Assembly: GCA_964016885.1 (NCBI GenBank) | Contig: OZ024743.1 | Coordinates: forward strand, 163,680,001-163,744,000 | Origin: Eledone cirrhosa | Lineage: Eukaryota | Reading direction: 5' to 3' | DNA length: 64,000 nt | In this document: piece by piece, positions 23,600-37,200 of the stretch | Layout: each line of letters begins with the position of its first letter | How positions within the stretch are numbered: the stretch's first letter is position 1 | The notes under the pieces: generated by a model | What the model was told of the DNA's origin: nothing | What the model saw: the letters and a program-made list of their open reading frames with translations, nothing else | The model's database searches: none | Translations under genes and position numbers: made by a program

Positions 23600-26195
23600 A
23601 CAGAAACACCCCTATCTTAAATAGGAATTATTTTTTAGGACAAGGTGCCTCCCACAAAATGAAGGAAATAAAGATAAAAACACCACCCTTCATGTGGCAC
23701 TCGACGACAAAAACCCAATGGAACCAAAAATAATCAACATATCAGCCAAGAAACTAACACGACAGCAAATCAAACTGTTAGAAAATGGACTGAAGTTCAT
23801 GCCCATTCCGAAAGCAAATTTAGCCAACCTTATAAAAGAGAAAGAAGATTTTTGTCAAAAATTACAAAAATTCCAGGGTGTAGAATATGAGGAGGAATCA
23901 CTAGTGAAAAACAAAAAGAACATTAATAAACCTCCATTAAATAGAGACAAACACCTGGAAGAATACATAACCTGCCTACAACGATCGGCACTGTCAAATA
24001 TTGCAGAGACAAAACACAAATGCAACATTCCTACAGACCAACTATTAACACTAAACAAGCTACAAAAAGATTCTTCAATAATCATAAAAGAAGCTGACAA
24101 CGGTAGAGCAATCATCATCATGGACAAAAACCACTACAAGGATATGGTCCTAGAACAGTTGAATGATGAGGGATTTTACAGGAAAATCAGCAAAAGCGAA
24201 GAAAGAAAATCGATGATTCAAGGAGGCAAACTGACAACAAAGTACCAAAATAACCTCATGTTAAAGGAAATCAATTACTTAACCAACTTCGAAATGAAAA
24301 CTAGCAATTTTTATGGATTACCGAAAGTTCTCAAATTCAGAGAAATCCAGAACAACATAAAGGCAAAAATTCATCATATGTTGAAGTACCAAAACCAACA
24401 GATTTAAAATTACGCCCAATTGTTGCTTGTCCAGCCTCAAGAACACAATGTCTAAGCAACCTGTTAGGCATACTGAAACCCTTATGTAAAAAAAGTGCTA
24501 AGCTTCATCAGTGATGATAGGGAATTCCTGAACTATATCCCCCAGAAAGTACACCAAGAAACAATCTTAGTCAGCTTTGACGTAACAAGCTTATATACTA
24601 ACATCCCACATGACTTAGGAGTTGAAGCTGTTGACTTCTGGGTTACAAAACATCCTGATTATATTTCAGAGAGATTCCCCAAAAGTTTATTTTGGAAGGA
24701 CTTGTGGTAAAATGAATGTATCCTAGTTGGATTGTTCATTGACATAGATGTGAGGGAAGGTCCCTCGTCTATTTACCATTTTATGTTTGTGAGAATTATA
24801 ACAAAGTGAGTGAGTGTGTGCGTAATCAAGACAATAACCACAACGAGAGTTATATTCAACAATTGTAAATAATGGTGATGTTTATTTATATTACAAATGG
24901 AACGTACCAAATGTTGACGTGGTCAGTTGTGGTGAAAGGAACGTATTACCATTACAAAAGTATTGTGGGGTTTGTTGTTTGCTGTTCCCTTGGCTGCCTT
25001 CTGTGGCGTGGTACAGAGGCTGTTTTCTGGCGTGTGTTCAGTCTGCTTTCTAGTGGCTGTCTGTTTACCTCTCCTGTTCTCAACCAGGGGGAGATAACTA
25101 TGGGTTGTTCTATTATCCGACAGGGGGCGTAAGGCGTCTTACTACAGACTCAAATTAGTATTGGAGAACAACCACCTCCTCTTTGATGACAAAATCTATT
25201 TACAAATAAAAGGAATTGTCATGAGCACCAAAGTAGCCCCAATATATGCAACACTCGTTATGGGTCACCTAGAGGAAAAATTATATTCCCAGCTGCAGGA
25301 AACATTCAGTCATGACTTCGCCACCTACATTAATCACAACTGGAAATGTTACCTAGACGACTGCTTCATTTTCTGGAATAGAAGCCAAGAAGACCTGCAA
25401 AGATTCCATTTCATCATAAACAGGCTTCCCGAAGCAATACAATTTACTATGGAATGTAATGAAAAGGAACTACCGTTTCTGGATATCCTTATCATTAAAG
25501 ACGGGGAAAATATCAAAACAGACCTATTTTACAAACCAACAGACACCAGTACTTGAATTTTCGATCAGCACACCCTGCACATACCAAAAGGAACATTCCT
25601 TTTAACATGGCAAGATGCATTTGCACCATAGTAACACCCCCCACACTACATGAAGTAAAAGAGTTCCTTAAAAGACAAGAATATCCAGTGAACCTCATCA
25701 ATACAGCCATCTCCAGAACATCCCAGTGACAACACTGAGAAAAACAAACCAACAAAATAAGAGGGAAAAAACAGTTATCCCTTTTGTTGTCACTCACAAT
25801 CCAAGGAACTTCAACATTGTGAAAGCACCCAACCTAAAAAGACTGCTTACCAAGGCGAAATTTACGACAATGAAACAAGGCAAGTTTAAGAAATGTAGGG
25901 ACCCTTGATGCGGAACTTGTGAATACATTGAAGAGGACGGGCAAATCTCCTTTTAAAAAAATGAGATTTTAAAAGTTAATGCAAACACGAATTGCAAAAC
26001 TAAAACTTACTTTACTGTGCAACGTGCCAACAGTGTAAAGAATACAACATTGTTGAAACCGGAACGAGTCTACATGACAGAGTTTATGTAGATGAACAAC
26101 AAATTAGAGACCCCTCTGTCAGAAACACCACATGCAGTGAACATTTCGCATCATCCTGGAAGGGAAAATTCACAATCTTCCCCTTCTTTAAGATA
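23600..26195 (+). mobile_element. Penelope-like element (RT + GIY-YIG endonuclease), degenerate
   Basis: IIIKEADNG.AIIIMD, FYGLPKV, VSFDVTSLYTNIP, YLDDCF, LPFLDILI, DLFYKPTD. C-terminal C..C..Y.GET-like GIY-YIG remnant at ~26020-26190. Confidence 0.93.
24703..25146 (-). mobile_element. Solo LTR (444 bp) inserted in the Penelope RT
   Basis: Termini TGTGGTAA...TTACTACA. 4-bp TSD GACT (24699-24702, 25147-25150). Excision restores ILEGLKLVLENN. AATAAA on minus strand. Confidence 0.88.
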
Positions 26196-27119
26196 CAGCC
26201 AGGCTTGGGTCTTTAGGCTGGTATGGCAGGGCGCTGAGTCTTGCTGCCACACGTATGGCCACACGCAGCTACCTGGTCGATCCAGGGCTTTACTACCTCG
26301 CTCAGAACACGGATGTAGCCATCAGTGTTCAGCTTGAGGCCCTCAGGAAAGAAGTGAGGTGGCATGACGTCACCTTGACTGCTGACAACACCTAAGACCA
26401 ATGTTGTTGCTGGAAACTTTGTCTGCATGACTCTGGGCACATCTTTGGATGAGACAGTGAGCCACCTGTTGTTCTGGGAGTTGATCTTCTGGTTTTGGCA
26501 GAAGTTTTTCTCGTCGGAGAAAAACCACAGCATGTCTGGCTCCAGTGGGTGTTTCAACTTGTTGATCAGCTTCTTTGCGTGCTTCAGTCGCTTTTCTTGC
26601 ATCGCCTTTGACAGAAACTGTCCTTTCCTCATCTTGTATGAAACGTAGCGAATGTCTTCATGTACCACCAGCCTAATGAGCTTTTCATCCACGCCTTTCT
26701 CCCTTGCAATGGCACGCATCGACTTGCTAGGTTCATTGTTGATGATATCCTGAACTTAAGCGACGAACTCGGGCGTTCTGAAGGTGTCAGATTGTCGATC
26801 ATGTGTTTTCCTCTCTGATGTTGCTTCGTAGTCGAATCCTGAATTTTCCAATTCCTTTCTGACCTTTTCCACCATTCCCCTGCTGACGCTGAGAAAGTCT
26901 GAAATTTCCTTATTTGTCCTCCCAGCGCGGATTCCAAGAAGAACTCCGTGTCTCTTCCACAAATTTGGAGGTTCAAAATTATTCATAATCAATTATTCTG
27001 AAAATAAATAATGGAAATATAGTCACTGTTTTTATGAAGACAAGAGTGACAACGGAAGTAAAAAAAATTTGCATAAAATTAGCAGTTGAAAATTGCGAAC
27101 AAATATCGTCCACACCCTG
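26196..27119 (-). mobile_element. Tc1/mariner-superfamily transposon (maT/DD37D-like), 3'-truncated
   Basis: HTH N-terminus (ORF 26756-26992). WFFSDEKNF, QNNRW and QQDSAPCH motifs. TA + CAGGGTGTGGACG TIR at 27121-27107. Third catalytic residue is missing. Confidence 0.9.
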
Positions 27120-27124
27120 TATAT

Positions 27125-27775
27125 GTATACTAAGGCATACCCTGGGGAAGAATGTATCCTTCAACATAGGTTAGTCGTTAGTGACATCTCAATAAGCAAG
27201 AGACAGAATGTGACACACAAGAGGGTATGGAAAAGGAAGGTCTGGAAGCTAAAGGACCTTTCACTTAAATATAAGTTTAGGAAAGCCCTACAAGATGTGT
27301 ATGATGAGAAAGAAGACAAACTAGAATTGTATGACATAGATGATAACTGGTAGTTCTTACGTAACAACTTACTGCAAGCAACTGAAGAAACTTGTGGCTG
27401 GAGCAGAGCTCCAACCAGACAGAGGGGTACTTGGTGGTGGAACAGCACGGTAGATAGAGCCATTAAAGACAAAAGACTAGCATAGACGGATTAGAAAAAT
27501 GGGGAGAGTAGAGACCGATACTCAGCCACTAAAAGAGAGGCTAGACGTCAGGTGTACTTGGCACGCAGAAAAGCTGAAAGTAGGAGCTTTGCCGATGTTC
27601 TGGGAATATCAGGGACATGCGGTGTGCCGCATTGCAAGGCAGTGTCAGTGTAAATCAGGATTTTGTTGAAGATAAACATGTCCAAAATGATTCTGGTGCA
27701 CTTAGCGTCATTGATGCTCAGAAAAAGGAGGCCTGGAAATGTCATTTTGAGAGACTGATGAATGAGAGAGAGAGA
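27125..27775 (+). mobile_element. RTE LINE internal fragment
   Basis: KAYPGEEC..QHRLVVSD, RKVWKLKD. Homologous to 35490-36120. Confidence 0.92.
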
Positions 27776-27814
27776 GAGAAACTAACCTCATAAAATCCTA
27801 CAGAGCTATTGAAA

Positions 27815-29250
27815 TTGACGACTATAGGGTCCAAGAGGCTGACCGTACCAGCAGCAAGGAGCACGCTCGGAGCTCTATATGATAGGTAAGTCAGCAGGTA
27901 GGCAGAGGGGGCTCGGCTGAGGCAGGCATCGAGCAGATGGTCCTGGCGCATGCAGTTAAAGGCATTCCTCATGTCAAGCTGGACAATGAGGTGTCTGGAG
28001 TCCCTGGATGCCGGTTCCGGTGGGCAGCTGTTGAAGAACTGCCTGGTTGGATGTGCGGCCCCCTCACAGCCACCGGACACGATGACACCCAGTTACACCG
28101 GACTGAACTCCTCACCCAGTTCAGGTGTTATGGACCGGCAGACCTCCTTAGCAGTCAGCCTCCGGAAGACATTGCCCACAGCGATGGAGCGTATGCCACC
28201 CTCTTTCTTCCTGAGAGCAATCAGGCTAGCCGAAAAAAGGAGGCCTCAGGTGTGAGGGTCCAGGGTGCCATGGATAAGCCTATTTGTGAGTGCCACAACT
28301 GCACTCAGAAGGCGGCAGGTCGGAGACCATCAGCACCTCCGCTGCTGCTGACAGGGTAGGACTTGATGGCAGACGTAATGTCTGCGTCGGAAGCCACAAG
28401 GAGCAAGTGGGGATCGGGTGGGGCCATGGGTCTGAGGTTGGCAGGTGGCTCAGGGTACTTGAGTCGCAGGGCAGCCAGGACCTCCTCGGTGGGTTGGAGG
28501 ACAGTTTCCTCTGAGGCAACCATTCTGACTGCGGCCGAGACATCTCCCATGATTAGTTTAGTGTTTACGCGGTCACATAAACACTTGGTGCTGGCCTAAG
28601 TGGTGGAGGATTGAAGGCACCCGAGAGCAGGGGGTGTGGCGTCCTCAGCATGCTTGGGATGGGCGCTTGCCCAAAGGACAAAACATTGGACTTGACAAAG
28701 AATGCTGTCGACAGGCCACCTTGGTCAACACCAGAGTTGGGGAGGCCAAGGGCGAGTGGGGCGAAATAGAAGAGGCGCTCCCAGTCGCTGGCTCGGTTAG
28801 AGTCCAGAGCACTCTTAATTGAGAAAGCAAGGGCATCGGCTACCGGCAGCCGGGCCGCTCTGGGATCTGCAGCAGGATTTTCCAGAGTCACCTAATCTGA
28901 GCGATGTTGACCAGTGAGGTTTGGGCATCAGACAAGTTCGCTGTCTCATCTGGTGGTGTGCCAGACGGCTATGACTGGGCAGACGAGGGGAAGAGACAGT
29001 TGCTGCATCTCCATGCTGTGAGAGCACTGGAGGCCCGACACAACAGGCTAACACAGGTGAGGTCGTTGAAGCAGCCACACCCCGAACAGTTCCGGCCCCT
29101 CTTCTATATGTTTGTGGTGTTGCAAGTGTCAACTGGTGGGGATGAAGGATGGGGCGTGGAGCCAAGGACAGGAGCGGGTGGCTGGTTGTTATCAGCCTGG
29201 GTGTTGGGCTCAACTGTATGTGGGTGGAAGGGAAAGTGCTAGTATGAGTG
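27815..29250 (-). mobile_element. GC-rich CRE-like non-LTR retrotransposon, 5' half (N-terminal Cys finger + RT N-terminus)
   Basis: SSGGADGLRP, IAVGNVFRRL, GCEGAAH and QLDMRNAFN motifs on the minus strand. Confidence 0.8.
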
Positions 29251-29494
29251 AGACCTCATAGCTCACCTACGCCAGACCTGGAGGCAACAGAAGACAAGAT
29301 AGAAAAGAAAAGGGGGATGCATGGAGGGAGACACACGAGAAAGTAGAAAATTAGCAAATAAATGAATGAACAAATAGAAAACCGGGGGTTGTTCCCAGCG
29401 GAAAGACCCAGAGTTCAGCACGCACACATGCGGGCATGTTAGCAGTTGCTCATCGAACCATGTGGCTAAAGATGAGTCTATCAATCCTGAAAAC

Positions 29495-29830
29495 ATGTTG
29501 TTGCTGATGTTGTTATTGTCACTGATGTTGGAGTTGGCTTCCTCTTGTTAGTGATTGCTGGTATGATGTTGGTGTATACATATATATGTTGTTGTTGTTA
29601 TTGTCACTGCTGTTGTCGATGCCTGCCTCTTGTTAATGGTAGTGGTAGTTGATATCGATGCCTATTTTGGCTGCCAGGCTGGCTGCTGGAGCTCGAGTGC
29701 CTTCTTTCACCGACAATGCGGGGTCGTTGTTATTGTCCCTGTTGCTGTCATTGCCTTCCATTGTTAATGGTAGTGATAATTGTTAATGCTACCTATTTCG
29801 GCTCTCAAGCTGGCTGCTGAATCCACTTCT
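29495..29830. repeat. Degenerate tandem repeat (gttgttattgtcactg...ttgttaatggtagtg), ~3 copies
   Basis: Motif recurs at ~29510, 29595 and 29727. Confidence 0.55.
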
Positions 29831-30204
29831 GTGAGTGAAGCTCCAATAGCCTTCTTTAACCAAAGATGCGGGGTCATTGGCTGTTGGCATTTTGGGATTG
29901 GTGAAATTCTGATAAATTTTACACCACTTATTTCTTCTCAGAAACAATTTGCCCCATACATTATAATTTTGCAGCACAACAGTATTAAAAATATTCATTT
30001 CCTTTTTTCTTCTCTCTTTCTGATTCGATTCCAATAATTATTTGTCAGTGAATTGATGGTCGTTTTTTTTTTTTTTTTTTTTTTTTTTGTTTCCTTTGAT
30101 TTATTTTCCCCTTCTCTCGCTCTTCTCGTATATTTTGGTGCGTTATATTTGTGAGGTTCCTATCAATGGTTAATAGTATTTATTATTTGTGGTTATATTT
30201 CCAT

Positions 30205-32830
30205 TCATCATCATCATCATCACCGTTTTACGTCCGTTCTTCCACGCTAGCATGGGTTAGACGGGTTGTCCTGTTGTGGGCAGTAGCCGGTCGGCTGACC
30301 ATGTCTTGCTCATACGGGAATTGATTCAGGCTTGATTTCTACAGCTGGATGCCCTTCCTAAGACAAACCTCATTTACAGTGAGTGCTGGGTGCTTTGATC
30401 CGTGGCGCTTACACATCAACTTTACAGTGTGGGCTGGGTGCTTTTTTGCCATGGCACCTCCATGACCACTTTGCAGTGGGAGGGGGTGGGGGCATATTGT
30501 CTATATGCTTCAGCTTCGGCTTGTACCCGTGGGGGGTTGGGTCTTCTATATTTCTGCGTGACGCCAGAGGTCACGGCTGTGTGTCATCGCCTTTGAGAGG
30601 TGTAATTGAGTAAGGTCGGCTTTTATCACCTCATCCCAGGTCTTCTTGGGTCTCCCCACTCCACGGCTTCCATCGACTTCTAGTGCTCTGCATCTTTTTA
30701 TGCAGCTGTCATCCTTCATATGCATCACATGTCCATACCAACGCAACCTCCTCTCCTGCACACAGCATTTGATTCCTCTTATGCTCAGTCTCTCTCTCAA
30801 TTCGTTTATGCTTTGCCATTCGCGTATATTACTACTACACATTCATCGGAGCATGCAGGCTTCGTTTCTTTCTAATCTACACAAGTCTTCTACAGACAGC
30901 GCCCAGGTCTCACTACCATGTAGGATTACTGTTCGTATACACACGTCATACAGTCTGCCTTTCATTTTGAGGGAAAAGCCTTTTGAAGCTAGCAGTGGCA
31001 GTAGCTCCCTGAACTTCTTCCATCTCGTTTTTACCCTAGTTATTGTACTTTCCGAACACCCACCTCTGCTGCTAATTCGGTCACCTAGGTAGCAGAAGCT
31101 GTCTACTGTTTCTACAGAGCCCTCCCAGAGTTTGGTGCTGCTTGTTTCCTGTGGCTGTGTGCTGCTTGCTGTCCCAGTGCAGGTGCTACATGTGAAGCCT
31201 ACATTCTTAGTTAAGCTTCCTGAGATCCCACTACATATCTTGTGTACCCATTGTTTGCATTTGGGGCAGAGAATGGAGTTCCTACCTACACCTTTCCTAC
31301 ATACTGAGGGGATCTGGGTTCTGTTTTCTCGTCTACTTACAAGGACCTTAGTCTTTGTCAGGTTGACTTTGAGACCCCTTCTTTCTAGTCCCTGCTTCCA
31401 TGTTTGGAATTTCTTCTCTAGTTCTACCATAGATTCAGCTATAAGTGCGAGGTCATCTGCATACAGGAGTTCCCATGGGCATCCGGTCTTAAACTCCTCC
31501 GTTATTGCCTGCAAAACTATGATGAACAGGAGAGGGCTAAGAACAGAGCCCTGGTGGACACCGACCTGTATGCTAAATTCCTCGCTATACTCATTGCTAA
31601 TCCTAACTTTGCTGACTGCTCCCCTATACATGGCTTGTACATCTTTCACAAGCCATTCATCTACTCCCAGTTTTCTAAGAGCCCACCAGATTATAGCACG
31701 GGGAACTCTGTCAAAGGCTTTCTCGAGATCGACGAATGCCAGGTAGAGCAGCTTACTTTTAGCTAGTTACTTTTTCTATAACTGCCTCACAAGGAAGAGG
31801 GCATCAGTGGTGCCTTCAGCATCTCAGCAGCTATACCCGATGGACCGGTTGCCTTCCCCTTCTTCATATCTTTCATTGCTTTACTTACTACGCTGCTGCT
31901 GACTTGTACTGCTGGCCCCTCTATAGGGTCTACTTGGGGTAGGGTCTCTTCTTCCCATGCATTCTCCTCATTTAGTAATCTTTCATAATGGCTCTTCCAC
32001 GCATCTTTCTTCTCAGCACTTGTGAGGGCAAGCTCACCTTTATCATTTCTGATACACTTCTCTCTAATGAAATCACAATTCTCTCTGACACACTGCCTCG
32101 CAATCTTGAACACCTCCTGTTTCTGATCCTCACGTTGCAAGACATGCTTGAATTTTCTATTCTCCGCTTCATATCTAGCTAAGTATACTTGTCGCCTAGC
32201 TTCCCTCCTGGTCTCTATGTAATGTACCCTGCTTCCCCTGTTCTTCCATTCTTTCCATGCCTGTCTCTTAGCCTTAACTGCCTCATCTACTTATTGTTCC
32301 ACCACCAAGTCACTCTCCTCCTGCTTGTGGTCTTACTCCAGCCACAGATCTCATCCGTTGCCTTTAGTAAGTTATTTTTTAGGAACTCCCAGTGCTCTTC
32401 TACATTGAATGTCTCTATCTGTTCTTCTTTACTGTCATAGGCGTTGAGTAAAATATCTTTAAATCTGTTACTGGCTGAGGGGTCTTTCAGCTTCCAGATC
32501 TTTCTTCTCCAGGTTGGCTTCTGTTTCCAAGTTTATCTAGTTTTGACAATGAAGTCACTGACAACTAAGTTATGTTGGGAGGTACATTCCTCACCTGGGA
32601 AGGCTTTTGTGTTTATGACCGTCCATCTGTCACATCCTCTGATGAGGATAAAATCTATCTGACTAGAATGCTCCCCTGATCTATAGGTGATCATGTGGTT
32701 GTTGGGTTTTTTGAAGTTCGTGTTACATATCAACATGTCATTGGCGTCGCAGGATTCTAGAAGCCTGAAGCCTTCATTTCTTGTGCCAAACCCGTCGCCT
32801 CCATGGACTCTATAGAAGTCGTCACGGTGT
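30205..32830 (-). mobile_element. RTE LINE (second family), disrupted, with 3' UTR
   Basis: ORF 30843-31649 (LLYADDL, LHGSETW), plus 31787-32140 and 32533-32830. (CAT)n at 30205. The 30205-30530 part is nearly identical to 57645-57960. Confidence 0.95.
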
Positions 32831-33614
32831 TTACCTTCATGTCCTAGGATATATTCCATTACAACAGCACATTCTGCTTTCCAGCATCTCATATTAAACA
32901 GTGAGTTAATGCCGCGAATATTTGGAACGAAAGAATATTTGACTATTGAGTATTCAGATAATCCAAGCGTAAAATCATCAATTTAGAGTAAACAAATCTT
33001 AAATAGAGCTTGGAGCAGATGTTACGTTAAGAGAACATTCGGACAGAATAGATTTGGATAGAATATGTTAGAACTGATGAAGCAACGTGGTAAATGTTTA
33101 AGATAAACATTCATTATAAACTAACCTTAATCTTTTTTTATTTTTTAAATCAAGAGGATTGGTATCTGATGCAAGCAAATTTCCTTCATCGACGTCAGGA
33201 TCAACATTTTTATGGACTTCACGTGTTGAGATACATATGCAAACTATAATGTTTAGTAATTCACGGCTAGTACAACAGCTCTGCATGGCTCTCATTGCAT
33301 TGAGCTAAAAAAGTCAGTAAATGAGTATACTTGCTCCAGTTGATAATATAATACTAGTATACTATATACACACACACATATATATATATATATATTTGTG
33401 TGGGTAGCAACACGTGTTAGCATGTGTTGCTGCTGACTCTAGCAGAGCCCCAAGAGAACACATCTACACAGTTCGACCAACGGGATGTATGTATATTTAC
33501 ATGTAGGGAAGTAAATATGTCAGTTAGCATGACCACTTTGCAGTGGAATGATAGGGACCCCAGTACCTATCATCTCATTTCTACAGCTGAGTAAACTGGA
33601 GCAATGTGAAATAA

Positions 33615-34035
33615 ATGCTGTGGGATACATTCTTCCCCAGGGTATGCCTTGGTATTAGACACTATCTACCTGTCCCGCTGCCTAACTAGTAAGCAGTCAA
33701 TCTGGCTTATGTGCTCGCCAGATTTGTAGGTTATTAGGTGGTTGGCAGGTTTCTGGAAGTTTGTGTTGCAAATAGTTAGTGTACTTGCATCATAAAATTC
33801 AAGAAGTCTCACTCCTTCATTTCTTGAGCCATAACCGTGCCCACCATGTACCCTAGTGTAACTATCCTGGAACTGTCCAATATGACCATTGAAGTCCCCT
33901 GCTAGCATAACAATGTCTCCGTCCTCTGTCATTGCGGTTGTTTGTAAAAGTTGCTCGCAAAAGCAGTCTTTCTCATCTTTGCCTAGGCCTGCTTGGGGAG
34001 CATAGGCAGAGATGATTGTCAGTAGTCTCCTGCCT
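33615..34035 (-). mobile_element. RTE endonuclease fragment
   Basis: ORF 33666-33932 (GDFNGHIG, TICNTNF). Confidence 0.92.
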
Positions 34036-34289
34036 ATATATATTTATATATTAATGAATGAAAATCTGATGAACGAGCTAAACGTTTCTGTAAAGATCGT
34101 CTAGTCTCCTGAAACCTTTGGTAATGGAATAATTATATTGTATTGTTTATTATGTAATTAAATACCTCTGTACTATACTTAGAGCACTCTTCTTTCCTTT
34201 ACCTTTTCTACAGAAATACTTAACATATATATATATGTATATATATGTGTGTGTGTGTGTATATATATATGTGTGTATGTGACTTGTTA

Positions 34290-37200
34290 AACAATTCGAC
34301 GTATTAGCCATTATGGTTCTCACTACCACCTCCACCACATTCGGTATACATGGCCGACGCTGTATGATAACCACTCCCTTGAGAATATATCATAGAACAG
34401 ACAAGGGGCGGACGGAGGCTCCGTAAGCCGTAATGTAGGCAACTCGTCTAGGAGAGCTACCACTCCAATAAATTGGTGCGGGTAGAGAAGTTCCCTAAGT
34501 CCAGTAAGACAACTTCCCTAGTGCTGGTGGCACGAATAAAAGCACCCAGTCCATGCTGCAAAAATGGAGGGGTGGTTAGGGCCCCTGAGTCCAGTAAGAG
34601 ACCCTCTCTAGTGCTGGTGGCCCAAATAAAAGCACCCAGTCCATGCTGTAAAGTGGTGCTAGTGTTAGGAAGGTCATCCAACCAGTGTATATACTACTGC
34701 CAAAATTATGACACAACAAATAAGAATTGCAATGAACAGCAATAACACTAACCATGTTAGGGCTGTGCACGGTAGTCGGGTGGCTGGTGTGGCCATGTGC
34801 GAGAACCCCCCGACCGTCATTAAGCAATCACACTACAGGAACAGGAAAAGGAACAAGAATATGAAGACATCGCATCTCAGAGTTGCAACAGTTAATGTTG
34901 GCACGCTAACAGGTAGATCTGGTGAGATAGTGGAGATGCTGGAGAGAAGACATGTGGATGTGTACTGCATGCAAGAGGTGAGATGGAGAGGTGCTAATCG
35001 CAGGCAAACATCTTACTTATAAGCTTTTCTGGGTGGGTAATGATGAGGGGTTAGGGGGAGTAGGCATTTTCCTGGCTGAGAGATGGATCGTTAAGACAAT
35101 AGAGGTAGTTAGAGTTAGTAATAGAATAATTAAGCTTAGATTAGTTGTAGGCAAGAGACTACTGACAATCATCTCTGCCTATGCTCCCCAGGCAGGTCTA
35201 GGTAAAGAAGAGAAAGACTGCTTTTACGAGCAACTTTTACAAACAACCTCAATGACAGAGGACAGAGACATCGTTATGCTAGCAGGGGACTTCAATGGTC
35301 ATGTTGGACAGCTCCAGGATGGTTATATTGGAGTACATGGTAGGCACAGTTACGGCTCAAGAAATGAAGAAGGAGTGAGACTTCTTGAATTTTGTGATGC
35401 AAGTGCACTAACCATTTGCAACACTAACTTGCAGAAACCTGCCAACCATCTAATAACCTACAAATCAAGCGAGCACATAAGCCAGATTGTGTCAAATACC
35501 AAGGCATACCCCGGGGAAGAATGTACCCCACAGCATAGGTTATTCGTTAGTGATATTGCAGTAAGCAAGAGACGGAATGAGACATACAGGAAGGAGTGGA
35601 GAAGAAAGGTCTGGAAGACCTTTCACTAAAATACAAATTTAGGAAAACCCTTCAAGATGTGTATGGTGAAAAAGAAGACGATTTAGAGTCGTATTACATA
35701 GATGATAGCTGGAATTTCTTACGTGACAACTTACTGCAGGTTACAGAAAAAACAGACAGAGAGTGACCTGGTGGTGGAACAGCACGGTAGATAGGGCCAT
35801 TAGAGACACAAGACTAGCATGGAAGGCTTGGAAAAAGGGTGGGAGTAGAGAAGGATAAACAGCTGCTAAGAAAGAAGCTAGACGTCAGGTGTACTTAGCA
35901 CGCAGGGAGGTTGAGAGTAGGAGGTTTGCCAATGTTCTGTGACGGGAAGATCAGAGGCGTGCGGTGTTCCACATTGCAAGGCAGTGTGTCAGTGCAAATC
36001 AGGATGTTGTTGGAGATAAATGTGTCCGGAATGATGCCAGTGTACTTAGTGTCACGAATAATCAGAAAAAGGAGGCCTGGAAATGTCATTATGAGAGACT
36101 GATTAATGTGGAGAACGAATTGGAGAGAGAGAAATTACCTCCAGTAGATCTGACAGAGGGACCAGCTATTGAGATTGACGGATATAGTGTCCAAGAGGCG
36201 ATTAAGGGAATGAAAAATGGTAAGGCCGCTGGTCCGTCGGGGATAGTTGCTGAGATGCTGAAGGCGTCAGGGGATGTAGGCACTAAACTGGTTGCATGCA
36301 TCATCAATCAGGCTATATATGGCGGTGTCATGCCCAAAGACTGGTGCAGCAGTATTCTCATAAATTGCTACAAAGGTAAAGAGGATGCTCTGGAGAGGAG
36401 CAATTATAGGGGCATAAAACTGATGGATCAAGTTATGAAAGTGGCAGAAAGGATATTAGCGCAACTAATTAGAGAAAGGATAAAACTAGATGAGATGTGC
36501 CTAGGGAAAGTACAACGGATGCCCTCTTCTTAGTGAGACAATTACAAGAGAGGTTCTTAGAGAAGAATAAGCCACTATACTTAGCTTTTGTTGACCTGGA
36601 GAATGCCTTTGATAGGGTCCCCGATCTGTCATCTGGTGGTCCCTAAGGAAGCTGGGTGTTGAGGAATGGCTTGTGAGGACAGTGCAAGCTTTGTACAGAG
36701 ATGCTGTCAGTAAAGTGAAGGTAAGAATGGAGTTTAGTGAGGAATTCCAGATACAAGTAGGAGTACATCAGGATTCGGTCCTCAGCCCGCTCTTGTTCAT
36801 TATAGTCCTCCAAGCTATAACAGAAGAATTTAAGACTGGCTGTCCATGGGAACTTCTCTATGCTAACGATCTGGTTCTTATAGCAGAATCAGTAGGGGGA
36901 GCTGGAGAATAGATTCTGGCTATGGAAACAGTAGTTGGAATAAAGAGGACTGAGAGTGAACCTAGCTAAGACAAAAGTGTTGATGAGTAGAAAAGAAGAC
37001 AAAACTCTGATTCCGTCAAGGAAATGGCCACGTCCGATATGCAGAAAAGGAACTGGCATAAATTCTATAAAATGTACACAATGCAGATCTTGGGTACACA
37101 AGGAATGTAGTGGGATAGCAGGCAAACTAACAGGTAGGGAGAAATACATATGCAGTAGATGTACAGGAAAATTTGACAGTAGAATTCGCATTGATAGACA

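Noticed and set aside
32822-32840. Minus-strand splice donor GAAG|gtaaac
   Set aside because: ggtaaacac belongs to the RTE endonuclease sequence (GKHRDDF), so it is a coincidental junction.
33404-33433. 30-nt near-palindrome gtagcaacacgtgttagcatgtgttgctgc
   Set aside because: Too short and isolated to support any functional call.
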